Source of the DNA: a bacterium
Lineage (GTDB): Bacteria; Zhuqueibacterota; Zhuqueibacteria; Residuimicrobiales; Krinioviventaceae
Assembly: GCA_963693055.1 (NCBI GenBank)
Contig: OY843751.1
Location: forward strand, 1,248,001 to 1,312,000
Direction of reading: 5' to 3'
DNA: 64,000 nucleotides
The position numbers were made by a program, and so were the translations under genes. Positions within the stretch are counted from its first letter, which is position 1; the number at the start of each line of letters is the position of its first letter. This document shows, one piece after another, positions 30,763 through 41,480 of the stretch. Below the pieces are notes generated by a model, which was not told the DNA's origin, searched no databases, and worked only from the letters and a program-made list of their open reading frames with translations.

Positions 30763-32589
30763 ATGAGAAAAGAGATTAAAGGAATTCTGGTTGTCCTGGT
30801 TTTAATTTTTATCAGTATTTCTTACAGTTTTTCTGCAACAATCACGGTTGTGTATCCGCGTGAAGGGACAACTTTAAGTGCCGCTCCGAACGATTCCATG
30901 TTTGTATTCGGGCAGGTAACTCCATTTTCCGCGTCTTTGACCATTAATAATGAAAAGGTCAGAGTTTATGAGAACGGAACGTTTCTGGCTTATGTACCTG
31001 TAACTGAAGGTGATTTTGTGTTCCATTGTGCCGTAGCAGCAGGTAGTGACAGCAGCTTTGTTGACCGTCATGTAACCGTTCGTCCTGTTGCAAAAACTGT
31101 GAATTCGGATTCTTTGCTGATACTGCAAAATACATTGTCTCCATCTGTTGATTATGAACTAATGGCGGGGGATTTGTACCGGGTCTCTTTTCAGGGAGTG
31201 CCCGGCTGTAAAGCGTATTTCGAGATTGCTGGCATTACCGGTCCCGTTCCCATGCAGGAATTGCCGCCAGAACAGGATACCTATTGGGGAGAAGTGATTT
31301 TTGGCGAGGCAAAACAAACGTCTCAAATACCAGTAAAAGGCAGATACGCGGGCAGTTATCTGATCCAATCAGGCGATTATGGTTATATGCGTCCGACGAA
31401 TGTTTATCTTGTTGATGATAATGGAGATACTCTAAGCTTAACATTACCGGGTAAATTGTCAGTAATGGACAGCCGGTTTCCCTATATGGTGGAGACTGTG
31501 GAGCGTGAAAATGTTTTGCGCACTGCACAGGGATGCGGATATTACTATTTCGTACCCCAGGGAGTGAATTTATGGATTACCGGGCGAAAGGGGGAATATT
31601 TACGGGTACGGTTATCGAATGTGGAAGAGGCCTGGGTACCCCGTTATTTTACCCGTCCCTTGCCGCAGGGCTCAGTTCCGCCACAGACTATAGTTCATAC
31701 TGTTAGAACCCAACTCTTTCCTGATAAAAGCCGGGTGCGCGTCTTTACGGGTACACGACTGCCGTATAGAATAGAGCAGGACCCCAAATCACATACAATT
31801 ACCATATTCATGTACGGTGTGTTATCTGATACGGATTGGATCCGTCAGGAATTTGGAGATTCCAATATTCGTGATATTCGCTGGAGTCAGGATGCACCCG
31901 GCAGTTATCGGTTGATCATAGAGCTGGCTCATCAAAATCAGTGGGGTTATAATGCAGGTTACGATGAGCAGGACCATTTTTACATAGACATCAAACGTCC
32001 ACCCGCAATAGAGTCCGGATGGTTGACATCTCCGTTAAAAAATAGATTTATCGCGCTTGATCCCGGTCATGGCCCGGATCTGGGAGCTGTTGGACCTACC
32101 GGTTACGCTGAAAAAGATGCCAATCTTGCCCTGGCAGAAGAACTGGGTCGCCAATTGCAGGATAAGGGTGCACATGTCTTTTTTACCCGTGAAGGCAATG
32201 AAGGTATCTCTTTACGGGGCAGAAAACGCATGGTTGAGGTACTGGCGCCGGATGTAATGTTGAGCTTGCACCATAACGCAATACCGGATGGCGTAAACCC
32301 GTATAAAAGCCGGGGAACCAGTACATATTATTATCAACCGCAGAGTTTTGATCTTGCGGTATTGGTACAGAAACATTTGCTTAATGAATTGAAATTGAAT
32401 AATTTTGGGTTGTTCTATGATAATCTTGCCATGTGCAGGCCCACGCAAATGCCTTCGATATTGATTGAACCGGCATTTATGATGCATCCGGAAGAAGAGA
32501 TGATGATATTGTCTAAAGACTATCGGAAAAAATGTGCAAAGGCGATTGTTAAAGCACTGGAAGAATTTTTTGAAACAACAAGAGAATAA
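30763..32589 (+). CDS. N-acetylmuramoyl-L-alanine amidase (Amidase_3) with N-terminal accessory domains
   Basis: 'IALDPGHG', 'EKDANL', 'SLHHNA', 'PSILIEPAFM'; signal peptide. Confidence 0.92.
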   Translation: MRKEIKGILVVLVLIFISISYSFSATITVVYPREGTTLSAAPNDSMFVFGQVTPFSASLTINNEKVRVYENGTFLAYVPVTEGDFVFHCAVAAGSDSSFVDRHVTVRPVAKTVNSDSLLILQNTLSPSVDYELMAGDLYRVSFQGVPGCKAYFEIAGITGPVPMQELPPEQDTYWGEVIFGEAKQTSQIPVKGRYAGSYLIQSGDYGYMRPTNVYLVDDNGDTLSLTLPGKLSVMDSRFPYMVETVERENVLRTAQGCGYYYFVPQGVNLWITGRKGEYLRVRLSNVEEAWVPRYFTRPLPQGSVPPQTIVHTVRTQLFPDKSRVRVFTGTRLPYRIEQDPKSHTITIFMYGVLSDTDWIRQEFGDSNIRDIRWSQDAPGSYRLIIELAHQNQWGYNAGYDEQDHFYIDIKRPPAIESGWLTSPLKNRFIALDPGHGPDLGAVGPTGYAEKDANLALAEELGRQLQDKGAHVFFTREGNEGISLRGRKRMVEVLAPDVMLSLHHNAIPDGVNPYKSRGTSTYYYQPQSFDLAVLVQKHLLNELKLNNFGLFYDNLAMCRPTQMPSILIEPAFMMHPEEEMMILSKDYRKKCAKAIVKALEEFFETTRE

Positions 32590-32600
32590 ACGGAGGATAT

Positions 32601-33095
32601 TTGGATTTTAAGGTGTGTCCGCTCTGCGGATCAACATTGCATAAAACCTTCACAGAAGGTCGCGACCGTATGGTGTGTGATCAATGTGGATATATACAGT
32701 ACCAGAACCCGTTGCCCGCTTCTGCAGTAATTGTAATCGAAGATGAGGCAATACTGATGGTGAAACGAAAATTTGAGCCCCAGGCAGGGAAATGGGGACT
32801 GCCCGCAGGTTTTGTTGAACTGGATGAATCGCCGGAAGAGGCAGCAGTGCGCGAGGCACTTGAAGAAACCGGTATAAATGTACGAATTGATAAATTGTTC
32901 ACAGTGACTGGTGCCTGTGAAGGTCACAAGAGTGATACTGTTTTGATTATTTATATTGCGGAAAAAATTGATGGTGTTTTAACAGCCGGAGATGATGCAG
33001 AAGAAGCCGCTTTTTTTCCAATTCATGAGCTGCCGGAAAATATTGCCTTTTCGAGTCATAAACAGGCAATACTGGAATATATTAATCATCGATAA
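32601..33095 (+). CDS. NUDIX hydrolase with N-terminal zinc ribbon
   Basis: CPLCG...CDQCG; Nudix box 'GFVELDESPEEAAVREALEETG'. Confidence 0.93.
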   Translation: MDFKVCPLCGSTLHKTFTEGRDRMVCDQCGYIQYQNPLPASAVIVIEDEAILMVKRKFEPQAGKWGLPAGFVELDESPEEAAVREALEETGINVRIDKLFTVTGACEGHKSDTVLIIYIAEKIDGVLTAGDDAEEAAFFPIHELPENIAFSSHKQAILEYINHR

Positions 33096-33178
33096 TTTGC
33101 TCCTGGTGAAATTCTTTTATTTTATCAGGGGTTATTAATATTATGAAACCTATGAGATTTTGAAAAAAGGACTGAGAA

Positions 33179-33667
33179 ATGGACAAGGTTTTGCAAAATT
33201 CTCTGTTAGCCAGGGGATTTTCGGACGCGGAGTTGAATGATTTATTAACAGTTGCAAATGAACAGACTTTTTATAAAAACCAGTTGATCTTTAAAGAAAA
33301 TGATCCTGCGGATAGTCTATTTATCCTGATTTCTGGCAAGGTATTTATTGAACGTCAATTGTCACACCCCAATATACCGATTTCGACACAGGTCATGACT
33401 GTAAAGAAAGGGCAGATTTTTGGAGAAATGGGACTTGTTGAGGATGTAACACGAACCGCAACGGCACGTGCAGCAAGTCAGATTCGGACGATTGTTTTAG
33501 AATATCAGGCGTTGAGAACATTGTTTGAAAGTGATAACAAGCTGGGATACCGGTTTATGAACAATTTGGCCGTTATTTTGGGAACTCGTCTGAGGAATAT
33601 GAATAAACAATGGAATAATTCAAATATAAGAACACATAATTCTTTTGAATTTGAATATTACGGTTGA
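33179..33667 (+). CDS. Stand-alone cyclic-nucleotide-binding domain protein
   Basis: 'IFKENDPADSLFILISG', 'GQIFGEMGL...RTATARA'; no HTH. Confidence 0.88.
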   Translation: MDKVLQNSLLARGFSDAELNDLLTVANEQTFYKNQLIFKENDPADSLFILISGKVFIERQLSHPNIPISTQVMTVKKGQIFGEMGLVEDVTRTATARAASQIRTIVLEYQALRTLFESDNKLGYRFMNNLAVILGTRLRNMNKQWNNSNIRTHNSFEFEYYG

Positions 33668-33713
33668 TCCATAATACCTTATTCCTGCTTTATAATAAAG
33701 AGGAGTAATTATT

Positions 33714-34442
33714 ATGCGGATCTTTTACATTTTACTCGTTTTATTTTGTACGCACTGGAGCGCTTGTATGGATACCAAGAATCAGCAAAATCGATCCATT
33801 GGGGATGAATATTCCATCAAACGCCTGCAAATGGTTGAACAGCAGATCAAAAACCGGGGTATTCAAGATCCCCGTGTTTTGCGTGCCATGATGCATGTAC
33901 CACGCCATCACTTTGTAAACGAACAATCTCTTCCCCATGCTTATGAAGACACTCCATTGACCATTGGTTATGAACAAACCATATCTCAGCCTTATATAGT
34001 AGCATATATGACAGAAGCCCTCGAGTTAGCCGGGGTGGAAAAGGTGCTGGAAATTGGCACAGGTTCAGGCTATCAGGCTGCGGTTTTATGTGAACTTGCA
34101 GAACAGGTTTTTAGTGTCGAAATCGTTGAACCGCTTTGCATAAAAGCAAAGCAGATACTAGAGTCAGAAGGATATACCAATTTTTACGGTCGATGTGGTG
34201 ATGGCTATGCCGGCTGGCCGGAAAAAGCTCCTTTTGATGCAATCATTGTAACTGCAGCCCCTCCATACATCCCCAAACCTTTATTGGAACAGCTCAAACC
34301 AGGCGGGCACATGATCATCCCTGTTGGTAATACCTTTCAAAAGCTGGTGAGGATTATCAGAAAGGCGGATGGCTCTTTTGATCGCCAAGACCTTATACCT
34401 GTAAGGTTTGTCCCCATGACCGGCCGCATTGACAGTATGTGA
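33714..34442 (+). CDS. pcm: Protein-L-isoaspartate O-methyltransferase
   Basis: 'QTISQPYIVA', 'VLEIGTGSGYQAA', 'APFDAIIVTAA', 'VRFVPM'. Confidence 0.95.
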   Translation: MRIFYILLVLFCTHWSACMDTKNQQNRSIGDEYSIKRLQMVEQQIKNRGIQDPRVLRAMMHVPRHHFVNEQSLPHAYEDTPLTIGYEQTISQPYIVAYMTEALELAGVEKVLEIGTGSGYQAAVLCELAEQVFSVEIVEPLCIKAKQILESEGYTNFYGRCGDGYAGWPEKAPFDAIIVTAAPPYIPKPLLEQLKPGGHMIIPVGNTFQKLVRIIRKADGSFDRQDLIPVRFVPMTGRIDSM

Positions 34443-34515
34443 TTTTTTAACTTTTGAAACAATTGCTTGTTTATCTCCGTATTTCAAAGAAAGGTTTGAG
34501 ATAAAGGAGAGCAAA

Positions 34516-35205
34516 ATGGCAGAACAAAAAAGATTGTACCGTTCAGGTAAAGATCACATTCTGGGTGGCGTTTGCGCTGGATTAGCCGAGTATTTAAATA
34601 TAGATACCGTACTGGTGCGGGTTTTATGGCTTGTCTCGGTAATGTTTAATGGTATTGGATTGCTGGCATATTTATTATGTTTATTCTTTATCCCCATGAA
34701 CCCGGAACATGCTGCGTTACCCGAATCTGAAAGAAAGAAAAGCGGACAGACAGGATTGTTTGTGGGTATTGCTTTTGTGGTATTTGGTTTTATGTTTCTA
34801 TTTTTCAATATTGCAGGACATCATTTTTTCTGGTTTGATTGGTGCTGGTTTGGCTTCTGGCCTTTTCGGTGGAATTATATCTGGCCTTTATTTATTATTG
34901 GGTTTGGTGTTTGGTATATTATTTATTCTCTTCGAAAAGACAAGGAACAAAATGGTGAAAATCAAACCATTCTGGGGACAATGCGGTTTTTCCGTAAAAA
35001 AGAGAATCGGATGATCTCTGGTGTATGCAGTGGATTGGCAGAATATTGGAACATTGATGTCACTCTTGTAAGAATTGGTTTTGTTATTTTGACATTGGTT
35101 ACTCATGTTTTTATGGGTATTGCCTTGTATGTTGCATTGGTGTTTATTATTCCTGAAAAAGAACAACTCCATTCTAATATGAATATTAGCCAGGATCCAT
35201 CCTGA
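34516..35205 (+). CDS. Membrane protein with two PspC domains
   Basis: 'LYRS..D.ILGGVCAGLAEYLNID..LVR' and 'RMISGVCSGLAEYWNIDVTLVR'; start ATG 34516 after AAGGAG. Confidence 0.88.
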   Translation: MAEQKRLYRSGKDHILGGVCAGLAEYLNIDTVLVRVLWLVSVMFNGIGLLAYLLCLFFIPMNPEHAALPESERKKSGQTGLFVGIAFVVFGFMFLFFNIAGHHFFWFDWCWFGFWPFRWNYIWPLFIIGFGVWYIIYSLRKDKEQNGENQTILGTMRFFRKKENRMISGVCSGLAEYWNIDVTLVRIGFVILTLVTHVFMGIALYVALVFIIPEKEQLHSNMNISQDPS

Positions 35206-35219
35206 TGTGAGGAGAAAGT

Positions 35220-35726
35220 TTGATGAACGGAAAATTATCTTCAGTTTTGATTGGGGTTTTGTTTATTGTATTTGGAGCAATTATACTTTTAAATAAAATG
35301 GATGTTTTCAATTTTAGTTGGGATGAGGGTGTCCCACTTTTTATGATTGCTTTGAGTGTATTGTCTTTTATCAGTGTTTATCAGGGAAACAAGGGAAATG
35401 CGTTCTGGGGAACGGTTTTAGGCTTGTTGGGGGTGTTTTTTTTCTTGCGAAATTACGGAATTTTTGGTTACTTTTGGTTTGATGAAATATGGCCGGTTAT
35501 TCTGATTGCGCTGGGTTTGGGATTTATAGTAACTTTTTTCTTTAATCCCAGAGACTGGGGTGTTTTGATTCCAGGTGGAATATTGACCTTTTTAGGGACT
35601 GTGTTTCTAATGGAAACCTTGCATGTATCACATCACACCCGTAAACTGGTGCATGATTTCTGGCCGCTTATTCTTGTATTAATTGGAGTGGGACTCATCA
35701 GTAATTCTATTTCAAAAAGAAAGTAA
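35220..35726 (+). CDS. LiaI/LiaF-like (DUF5668-like) membrane protein
   Basis: Repeated TM hairpins with 'WPVILIALG' and 'WPLILVLIG'; follows the pspC-like gene. Confidence 0.7.
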   Translation: MMNGKLSSVLIGVLFIVFGAIILLNKMDVFNFSWDEGVPLFMIALSVLSFISVYQGNKGNAFWGTVLGLLGVFFFLRNYGIFGYFWFDEIWPVILIALGLGFIVTFFFNPRDWGVLIPGGILTFLGTVFLMETLHVSHHTRKLVHDFWPLILVLIGVGLISNSISKRK

Positions 35727-35747
35727 ATACAAACCAATCCGGCGGGA

Positions 35748-36869
35748 GTGTACATGGACGCGGTAATTCATTTTATTAACGAGTACTTTTCAATTTTTGG
35801 ACTCAAGGGGACGAATCTTGTTCTGGGGGTTTTAATTCTGATCTTTTTTCTATTGTTGCGCAAAGCCTTTGGCGCCTGGGCGCTTTATCGTCTTAAAAAG
35901 TGGACTAAAAAAACAGAAACCACCATTGATGATGCTCTGCTGGAAATTTTAAATCCTCCGTTAAGCTTTTTAATATTGCTGATAGGCATTTGGGTAGCCC
36001 GTGTTGTCATTAATTTTCCGGAGCGGATAGATGCTACACTGGTGAATTGGATCCATCTGGGTTTTGTGGTTGTGCTCTGTTGGTTGATTTATCGCAGTGC
36101 TGATGTTTTTACTGATTTTCTTGAAAAGTTTGCAAGACGCACTGAAACTGAACTGGATGATATACTGGTTCCTTATTTGAACAAGGTTGTCAAAGTTGTC
36201 GCCATACTGATGGTAATATTGAAATTTGCCGAAGTTGTACTGGGCATGAGTGCCGCGGCACTTTTGGGTTTGCTTGGAGGTATGGGACTGACTTTGGGAT
36301 TGGTGTTTAAAGATATTATTGCAAACTGGTTCGGTTGCGGTGTGATTTATATTGATAATTTATTTCGTGAGGGGGATTGGGTACAGCTCGATTCCGGTAA
36401 TTTAGTTGATGCGGATGTTGAAGAGATTGGTCTGCGCAGTACCCGCTTCCGAAATTTTGATAAAACGGTATCCATTGTTCCCAATGCTACAATAGCCAAC
36501 GCTGTTGTTAAAAACTGGTCACGCATGTATAAGCGCAGGGTAAAATTTAATCTGACCATTGATGGTATTGATGCACAGATCGTGGAAAAGTTACTTGAAG
36601 GAATTCGTAATATTTTGTCTAATGATGAAGGTGTGCAGCAGGAATTCCATATGGTAAATTTTCGTGAATTTGATGGTAATTCACGGGTGATTAGACTTTA
36701 TTATTTTACAACAACCACTGTCTGGAAAGAGCATGAACAGGTCCGTGAAAATGTCAATATGAAAGTTTTAAAGCTTTTTGAAGAAAATGGAATTGACAAG
36801 CTGGCTTATACAATTGTGGATTTGAGTGACGATCGTCCTCGTGATTTTGAAAAGCGTATAGAATCCTGA
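35748..36869 (+). CDS. Small-conductance mechanosensitive channel (MscS family)
   Basis: 'FREGDWVQL', 'VEEIGLRSTRFR', 'VPNATIAN'. Confidence 0.92.
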   Translation: MYMDAVIHFINEYFSIFGLKGTNLVLGVLILIFFLLLRKAFGAWALYRLKKWTKKTETTIDDALLEILNPPLSFLILLIGIWVARVVINFPERIDATLVNWIHLGFVVVLCWLIYRSADVFTDFLEKFARRTETELDDILVPYLNKVVKVVAILMVILKFAEVVLGMSAAALLGLLGGMGLTLGLVFKDIIANWFGCGVIYIDNLFREGDWVQLDSGNLVDADVEEIGLRSTRFRNFDKTVSIVPNATIANAVVKNWSRMYKRRVKFNLTIDGIDAQIVEKLLEGIRNILSNDEGVQQEFHMVNFREFDGNSRVIRLYYFTTTTVWKEHEQVRENVNMKVLKLFEENGIDKLAYTIVDLSDDRPRDFEKRIES

Positions 36870-36972
36870 ATATAAACCTATAAAGGCGTTTTATTTACAC
36901 CATTGTGATTTTGTTTAAAAAAGGGTACATTGGTGTACCTGAAACGTCTTTTTTTTTATACCAGAGGAAATT

Positions 36973-37962
36973 ATGAAAGTATTATTTATTGGCGGTACCG
37001 GAGTAATCAGTTCGGCCTGTGCAGCGCTCGCTGTTGAACAGGGATTGGAATTATATTTGTTAAATCGTGGTGTTACCTCGCGGCCGGTTCCTGATGGTGC
37101 TGTTCAATTGATTGGAGATATTCGCAATCCTGAGCAGGTAAAAGCAGTCCTTCAGGATTATAAATTTGATGCTGTTGTGGACTGGATTGCTTTTGGACCG
37201 GAGCATATACAAACGGATATTGAATTATTTAGCGGTAAAACGGACCAGTTTGTATTCATCAGCTCTGCATCTGTTTACCAAACACCACCATCAAGACTGC
37301 CCGTGACAGAAGACACACCGCTTGATAATCCATTCTGGCAGTATTCACAGGATAAAATAGCCTGTGAGAAATTGCTGATGAGCGAATATAAAAAGTCCGG
37401 GTTCCCCATTACAATAGTTAGACCTTCTCATACGTATGATAAAACCATGTTGCCGAATCGTGGCAAATTCACGGATATTGACCGGATGCTCAAGGGTAAA
37501 CCGGTTGTATTGCAGGGTGATGGAACGTCCATATGGACACTTACACACCATAAAGATTTTGCTGTGGGCTTTAACGGATTATTGGGCAATTCAAAAGCAA
37601 TTGGTGAAGCGTATCATATTACTTCTGACGAATGGCTGACTTGGGACCAGATTATGCATATTCTTGCGGATACGGTTAACGCCAAAGCTGATATTGTACA
37701 TATTCCTTCAGATTTACTTGCAGCCTATTTCCCGGATATGGGTCCCGGTCTGTTGGGCGATAAATCTCACAGTATGATTTTTGATAATAGCAAAATTAGA
37801 GAACTGGTTCCCGCTTTTAATCCCAGGATATCCTTTCGGGAAGGAGCTAAAGAGATTATTCAATGGTTTAATGAGGTTTCCGAAAGACGTGCTTTAAACC
37901 AGGATTATAATGAAAAAATGGATCGGTTGATTGGTATTTACAAATCAATCTGGCCGAAATAA
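36973..37962 (+). CDS. NAD-dependent epimerase/dehydratase (extended SDR)
   Basis: GGTGVIS, 'FISSASVY', YxxxK 'YSQDK'. Confidence 0.9.
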   Translation: MKVLFIGGTGVISSACAALAVEQGLELYLLNRGVTSRPVPDGAVQLIGDIRNPEQVKAVLQDYKFDAVVDWIAFGPEHIQTDIELFSGKTDQFVFISSASVYQTPPSRLPVTEDTPLDNPFWQYSQDKIACEKLLMSEYKKSGFPITIVRPSHTYDKTMLPNRGKFTDIDRMLKGKPVVLQGDGTSIWTLTHHKDFAVGFNGLLGNSKAIGEAYHITSDEWLTWDQIMHILADTVNAKADIVHIPSDLLAAYFPDMGPGLLGDKSHSMIFDNSKIRELVPAFNPRISFREGAKEIIQWFNEVSERRALNQDYNEKMDRLIGIYKSIWPK

Positions 37963-37973
37963 GGAGCAAATAA

Positions 37974-38807
37974 ATGAGTGCAACACCATTAAAAGATTAT
38001 AGCAGATTATGTATACATACCATAACCACAAAACCATGGTCTATTGAGACCGCTATTGATAAATATGCCGCTGCCGGTGTAAAAGGTATTACGGTTTGGC
38101 GTCAGTGGCTTGAGGGAAAAGACTATTCTAAAGTTGGAAAACAGATACAAGATGCCGGACTAACAGCGGTATCTCTATGCCGTGGAGGATTTTTCCCTTC
38201 TATTGATGCTTCCGCAAGGCAGGCCGCTATTGATGAAAATCGCAGAGCAATTGATGAAGCGGCAGCTATTGGTGCCCCCTTGGTGGTGCTGGTTTGTGGT
38301 GCGGACCCCAAACAATCACTTACAGAATCCCGAAAAAATATTACAGACGGAATTTCTGCCGTGTTAGACCATGCGCAAGCCAACAATGTAAAGCTGGGAA
38401 TTGAACCTTTACATCCCATGTATGCGGATACGCGCTCTGCTGTTAATACCTTGAAACAAGCCAATGATATGTGTGACGAGTTGGACCATTCTCATGTTGG
38501 AGTAGCCGTGGATGTCTATCATCTGTGGTGGGACCCTGATCTGCAGCAACAAGTCAAACGTTGTGGTAAAGACGGCAATTTACTGGCATTTCATATTTGC
38601 GATTGGCATTACCCGCCAGAAGATATGCTCAATGATCGTGGGTTGATGGGTGAAGGATGCATTAATGTTAGAGAAATTCGCGGTTGGGTTGAAGAGACCG
38701 GGTTTAACGGATTTATTGAAGTAGAAGTTTTTTCAAATCGCTGGTGGGCGCAAGATCAGGATGAATTTCTGGCAGAGATTCAGAGAGCCTATTTGGAATG
38801 TTCTTGA
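37974..38807 (+). CDS. Sugar phosphate isomerase/epimerase (xylose-isomerase-like TIM barrel)
   Basis: 'IEPLHP', 'DVYHLWWD', 'FHICDW', 'DRGLMGEG', 'EVEVFS'. Confidence 0.9.
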   Translation: MSATPLKDYSRLCIHTITTKPWSIETAIDKYAAAGVKGITVWRQWLEGKDYSKVGKQIQDAGLTAVSLCRGGFFPSIDASARQAAIDENRRAIDEAAAIGAPLVVLVCGADPKQSLTESRKNITDGISAVLDHAQANNVKLGIEPLHPMYADTRSAVNTLKQANDMCDELDHSHVGVAVDVYHLWWDPDLQQQVKRCGKDGNLLAFHICDWHYPPEDMLNDRGLMGEGCINVREIRGWVEETGFNGFIEVEVFSNRWWAQDQDEFLAEIQRAYLECS

Positions 38808-38830
38808 GGGAATTATATGGGTCTTGAAAT

Positions 38831-38876
38831 AAATAAAGCCTGCTGTGAAAATTAAGATTCGCAACAGGCTTTATTT
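38831..38876. terminator. Bidirectional terminator
   Basis: AAATAAAGCCTG...CAGGCTTTATTT between convergent genes. Confidence 0.75.
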
Positions 38877-38886
38877 TATATACCCA

Positions 38887-40467
38887 CTAGTTGTTCAATA
38901 ATGCATAAAGGCCCATCATGGATCTGCCGGTAACCATGGCACAATTTAACCATCCGGTTTCAGAACGACGATAAGTATATTCCAGATATGTGGGATACTG
39001 TCCGGTATCAGCGTTTTGGAATGCTATAATTGAATTTGCCATGGATTTGGCTTTTTCAAGGTACAGGGGTTCTTTGGTAACCTCGTACATTTTTTGAAAC
39101 GTGATGAGCAGTTTGGCTACGCTGGCATCAATAGGCACATAATAATGATATTGCTCTAATGCGCACGGGGTATGCCATACTTCAACAGGACGTGTATTAT
39201 AGCGGGTTTGGGGCATGGGTTTTTCCCATACTACAAACTGGTCTTCGGCAAAGCGTGTGATTTCTCTGGCAATTTTCAGGTATTCGGGATTTTCAGGATC
39301 ACGATCCATCAAATAGATTGCAAATGAGCAAGGCAAATGCTTGCTGAGATTTTTATACAATTGAGAAGGCGGCACATCTTCAAATTGTCCTTCCCAATTG
39401 AATGTTTTTACCGGGTTCTCCATAATCCAGTTAAACGCACGTTCAAGGCTGCCACGGTATTTGTCAACACCGTACTGTCGTTCAAGGCGATCAAAAAACT
39501 GGATCATGTCAACCGGAATACAAAAGTTGGGAGTAACCGGTTTTCCATTGGCCAGCATTTTCAGGTTCCAGGTGCCCTCGGGTAATTGCAGTTTTACCAG
39601 AGTATCTGCAATGCGTAGCGCCGCGTCAAGATATTTTTTATTCTGGTTCATGTCATAGAGGTCGAGATAGTCCATTGCCGCTTCGGCAGGATAAATCAGC
39701 ATAAACTGACCTTTGTATTCCTTTGATGTATGATAATCCCATCGATAGGTCGGGGGAAAATAAGCAAGGGCAGAGCTGGCGGGTTCACTGATATCGATCA
39801 GGTAATCTGCAGCTTTTTCTGCAATAAGCAGGGCATCTTTTGAATGCTCTGGAACCAGCGAAGCATAAAGAGACATCCCCGAAACGACTGAGCCAATTAT
39901 CTTTGCAGGGTATGTATATAAATCGTACCCGGCAGTGTCCGGCAGCCCGGTTGTTTTCCAGTTCTGTATATAGGTTTGATTGTAAATAAAGTCCAGCGCT
40001 TTTGTTGCACTCTCTTTGTATGTTATAGAAGGTTCATGATAACCACCCTTGTAAACAGCAGCGCGATAAAAAGACCGCTCGCCGGCAATACCCAAAGAAT
40101 TTCCGTTATGATCAAATGCGGTTACTTTTAAATGGATTGTTCCTACTGGTAAATCCTGCCATATTGGGGATAACAATGCCCATGGAGTATTTGCTTTAAA
40201 TGAATATGTGTTGCTGTCTGCTGCTAATGCAGTAAACTCGTATGTTTCTGCATTTTCAATTTTATTGAAATTGAAAGAAGGTACATAAATAAAGCGTTGC
40301 GCGTTGACGTTCCAGAATGATGTTCCGGGTGGATTCCCCGGTCTAATAGGGACCATAGAATCCTGAATTGCTAGTTTTTTAATCTCTGCAGAATCAGGAT
40401 ACTGGGAAGAATTACAGCCCCCAATTACCAATAGTACTACAAACAACAGATGTTTAAGAGATTGCAT
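38887..40467 (-). CDS. Lipoprotein, probable alpha/alpha-toroid carbohydrate-active enzyme
   Basis: Lipobox IGGC; helical repeats 'KYLDAALRIADTL..Q..GTW', 'LYLEKAKSMANSI..Q..GQY'; 'EGQFED'. Confidence 0.6.
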   Translation of the reverse strand: MQSLKHLLFVVLLVIGGCNSSQYPDSAEIKKLAIQDSMVPIRPGNPPGTSFWNVNAQRFIYVPSFNFNKIENAETYEFTALAADSNTYSFKANTPWALLSPIWQDLPVGTIHLKVTAFDHNGNSLGIAGERSFYRAAVYKGGYHEPSITYKESATKALDFIYNQTYIQNWKTTGLPDTAGYDLYTYPAKIIGSVVSGMSLYASLVPEHSKDALLIAEKAADYLIDISEPASSALAYFPPTYRWDYHTSKEYKGQFMLIYPAEAAMDYLDLYDMNQNKKYLDAALRIADTLVKLQLPEGTWNLKMLANGKPVTPNFCIPVDMIQFFDRLERQYGVDKYRGSLERAFNWIMENPVKTFNWEGQFEDVPPSQLYKNLSKHLPCSFAIYLMDRDPENPEYLKIAREITRFAEDQFVVWEKPMPQTRYNTRPVEVWHTPCALEQYHYYVPIDASVAKLLITFQKMYEVTKEPLYLEKAKSMANSIIAFQNADTGQYPTYLEYTYRRSETGWLNCAMVTGRSMMGLYALLNN

Positions 40468-40621
40468 GTTTGTTTTTTCCTTATTATCGGGTAGAATGTT
40501 TATGAGACAACTTTGAAAATTTGCTGAATCTTGTGGATGATAATATTGATAGTCTAAAGCCCGGAAGTATTAAATTGATTGCTAAATATTTATACCGGAT
40601 AAATGGGTTTGCATCTGGAAT

Positions 40622-40654
40622 ATCTCATTCCCCTAATAACAAGGGGAATGAGAT
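40622..40654 (-). terminator. Probable terminator hairpin
   Basis: ATCTCATTCCCCT...AGGGGAATGAGAT perfect 13-bp stem downstream of the DUF1080 gene. Confidence 0.6.
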
Positions 40655-40679
40655 TTAAATTTTGAAACGAAATGTAAAG

Positions 40680-41426
40680 CTATTTTAGTTCTTTAACAAG
40701 TAGATTTTTCCAAAGGATGGTTCCCTGTTTGCCCACGTGAACCTGTAATCCGAAAAATCCTTCCTTGTATGTATCGTCAACCCAATTTGCAGCAGGAATT
40801 CCGTTAACCCATGTTTTAATTGTGTTGCCTTTTGCCAACACTGTTATACGGTTCCATTCGTTTTCTTTCATGGCGGTTCTGATTTTTGCATGGTCCTCCA
40901 GCCATAATGGATAATACCAGCCACCACAGCTTTGACCATAAATACCTCCCGACCAATACCTTTGGCGTGCAAAATCTTCAACTTCGACCTGGGGGCCATA
41001 AACCACTATTTCATCTGTACCTTTGGTCTTTGCTCTTACCATGATGCCGGTGTTACCATCTACCTCTATTTTCATGTCACAGGTAAAGATAAAGTCTGTA
41101 TAGTCGTCTTTGTCTGTGCAGAGATAAGTGCTGGGGGAGCCGGGTACATTGGTGCCGACAATCATTCCGTCTTTAACCTCAAACTTGCAGTTACCTTCAA
41201 TGACTCTCCAATTGGTCAGGTTAATTCCGTTGAACAAGGGTACAAATCCTTCTGTCAGGTCAGGTTCAGGATCTGTATTGAGCAGCATATCAGCCGGGTC
41301 AGGAGCGTTTTCCTGTACTTTGTATTTTTCGTACCACTTTTGTTGACTCTTGTCAAGTTTTCCGGCAAATGCAATACATGATGAAAGTGCCAGCAAGCTG
41401 CAAATAAGTAATAATTTGTTTTTCAA
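40680..41426 (-). CDS. DUF1080 (3-keto-disaccharide hydrolase-like) protein
   Basis: 'LFNGINLTNW', 'GNTGI', 'GPQVEV', 'EWNRI', 'GFFGLQVH'. Confidence 0.9.
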   Translation of the reverse strand: MKNKLLLICSLLALSSCIAFAGKLDKSQQKWYEKYKVQENAPDPADMLLNTDPEPDLTEGFVPLFNGINLTNWRVIEGNCKFEVKDGMIVGTNVPGSPSTYLCTDKDDYTDFIFTCDMKIEVDGNTGIMVRAKTKGTDEIVVYGPQVEVEDFARQRYWSGGIYGQSCGGWYYPLWLEDHAKIRTAMKENEWNRITVLAKGNTIKTWVNGIPAANWVDDTYKEGFFGLQVHVGKQGTILWKNLLVKELK

Positions 41427-41480
41427 TGTTGACTCCTTGATTAAAATTCTAGATATAATTCAAAAATTGATTGTAAATTT

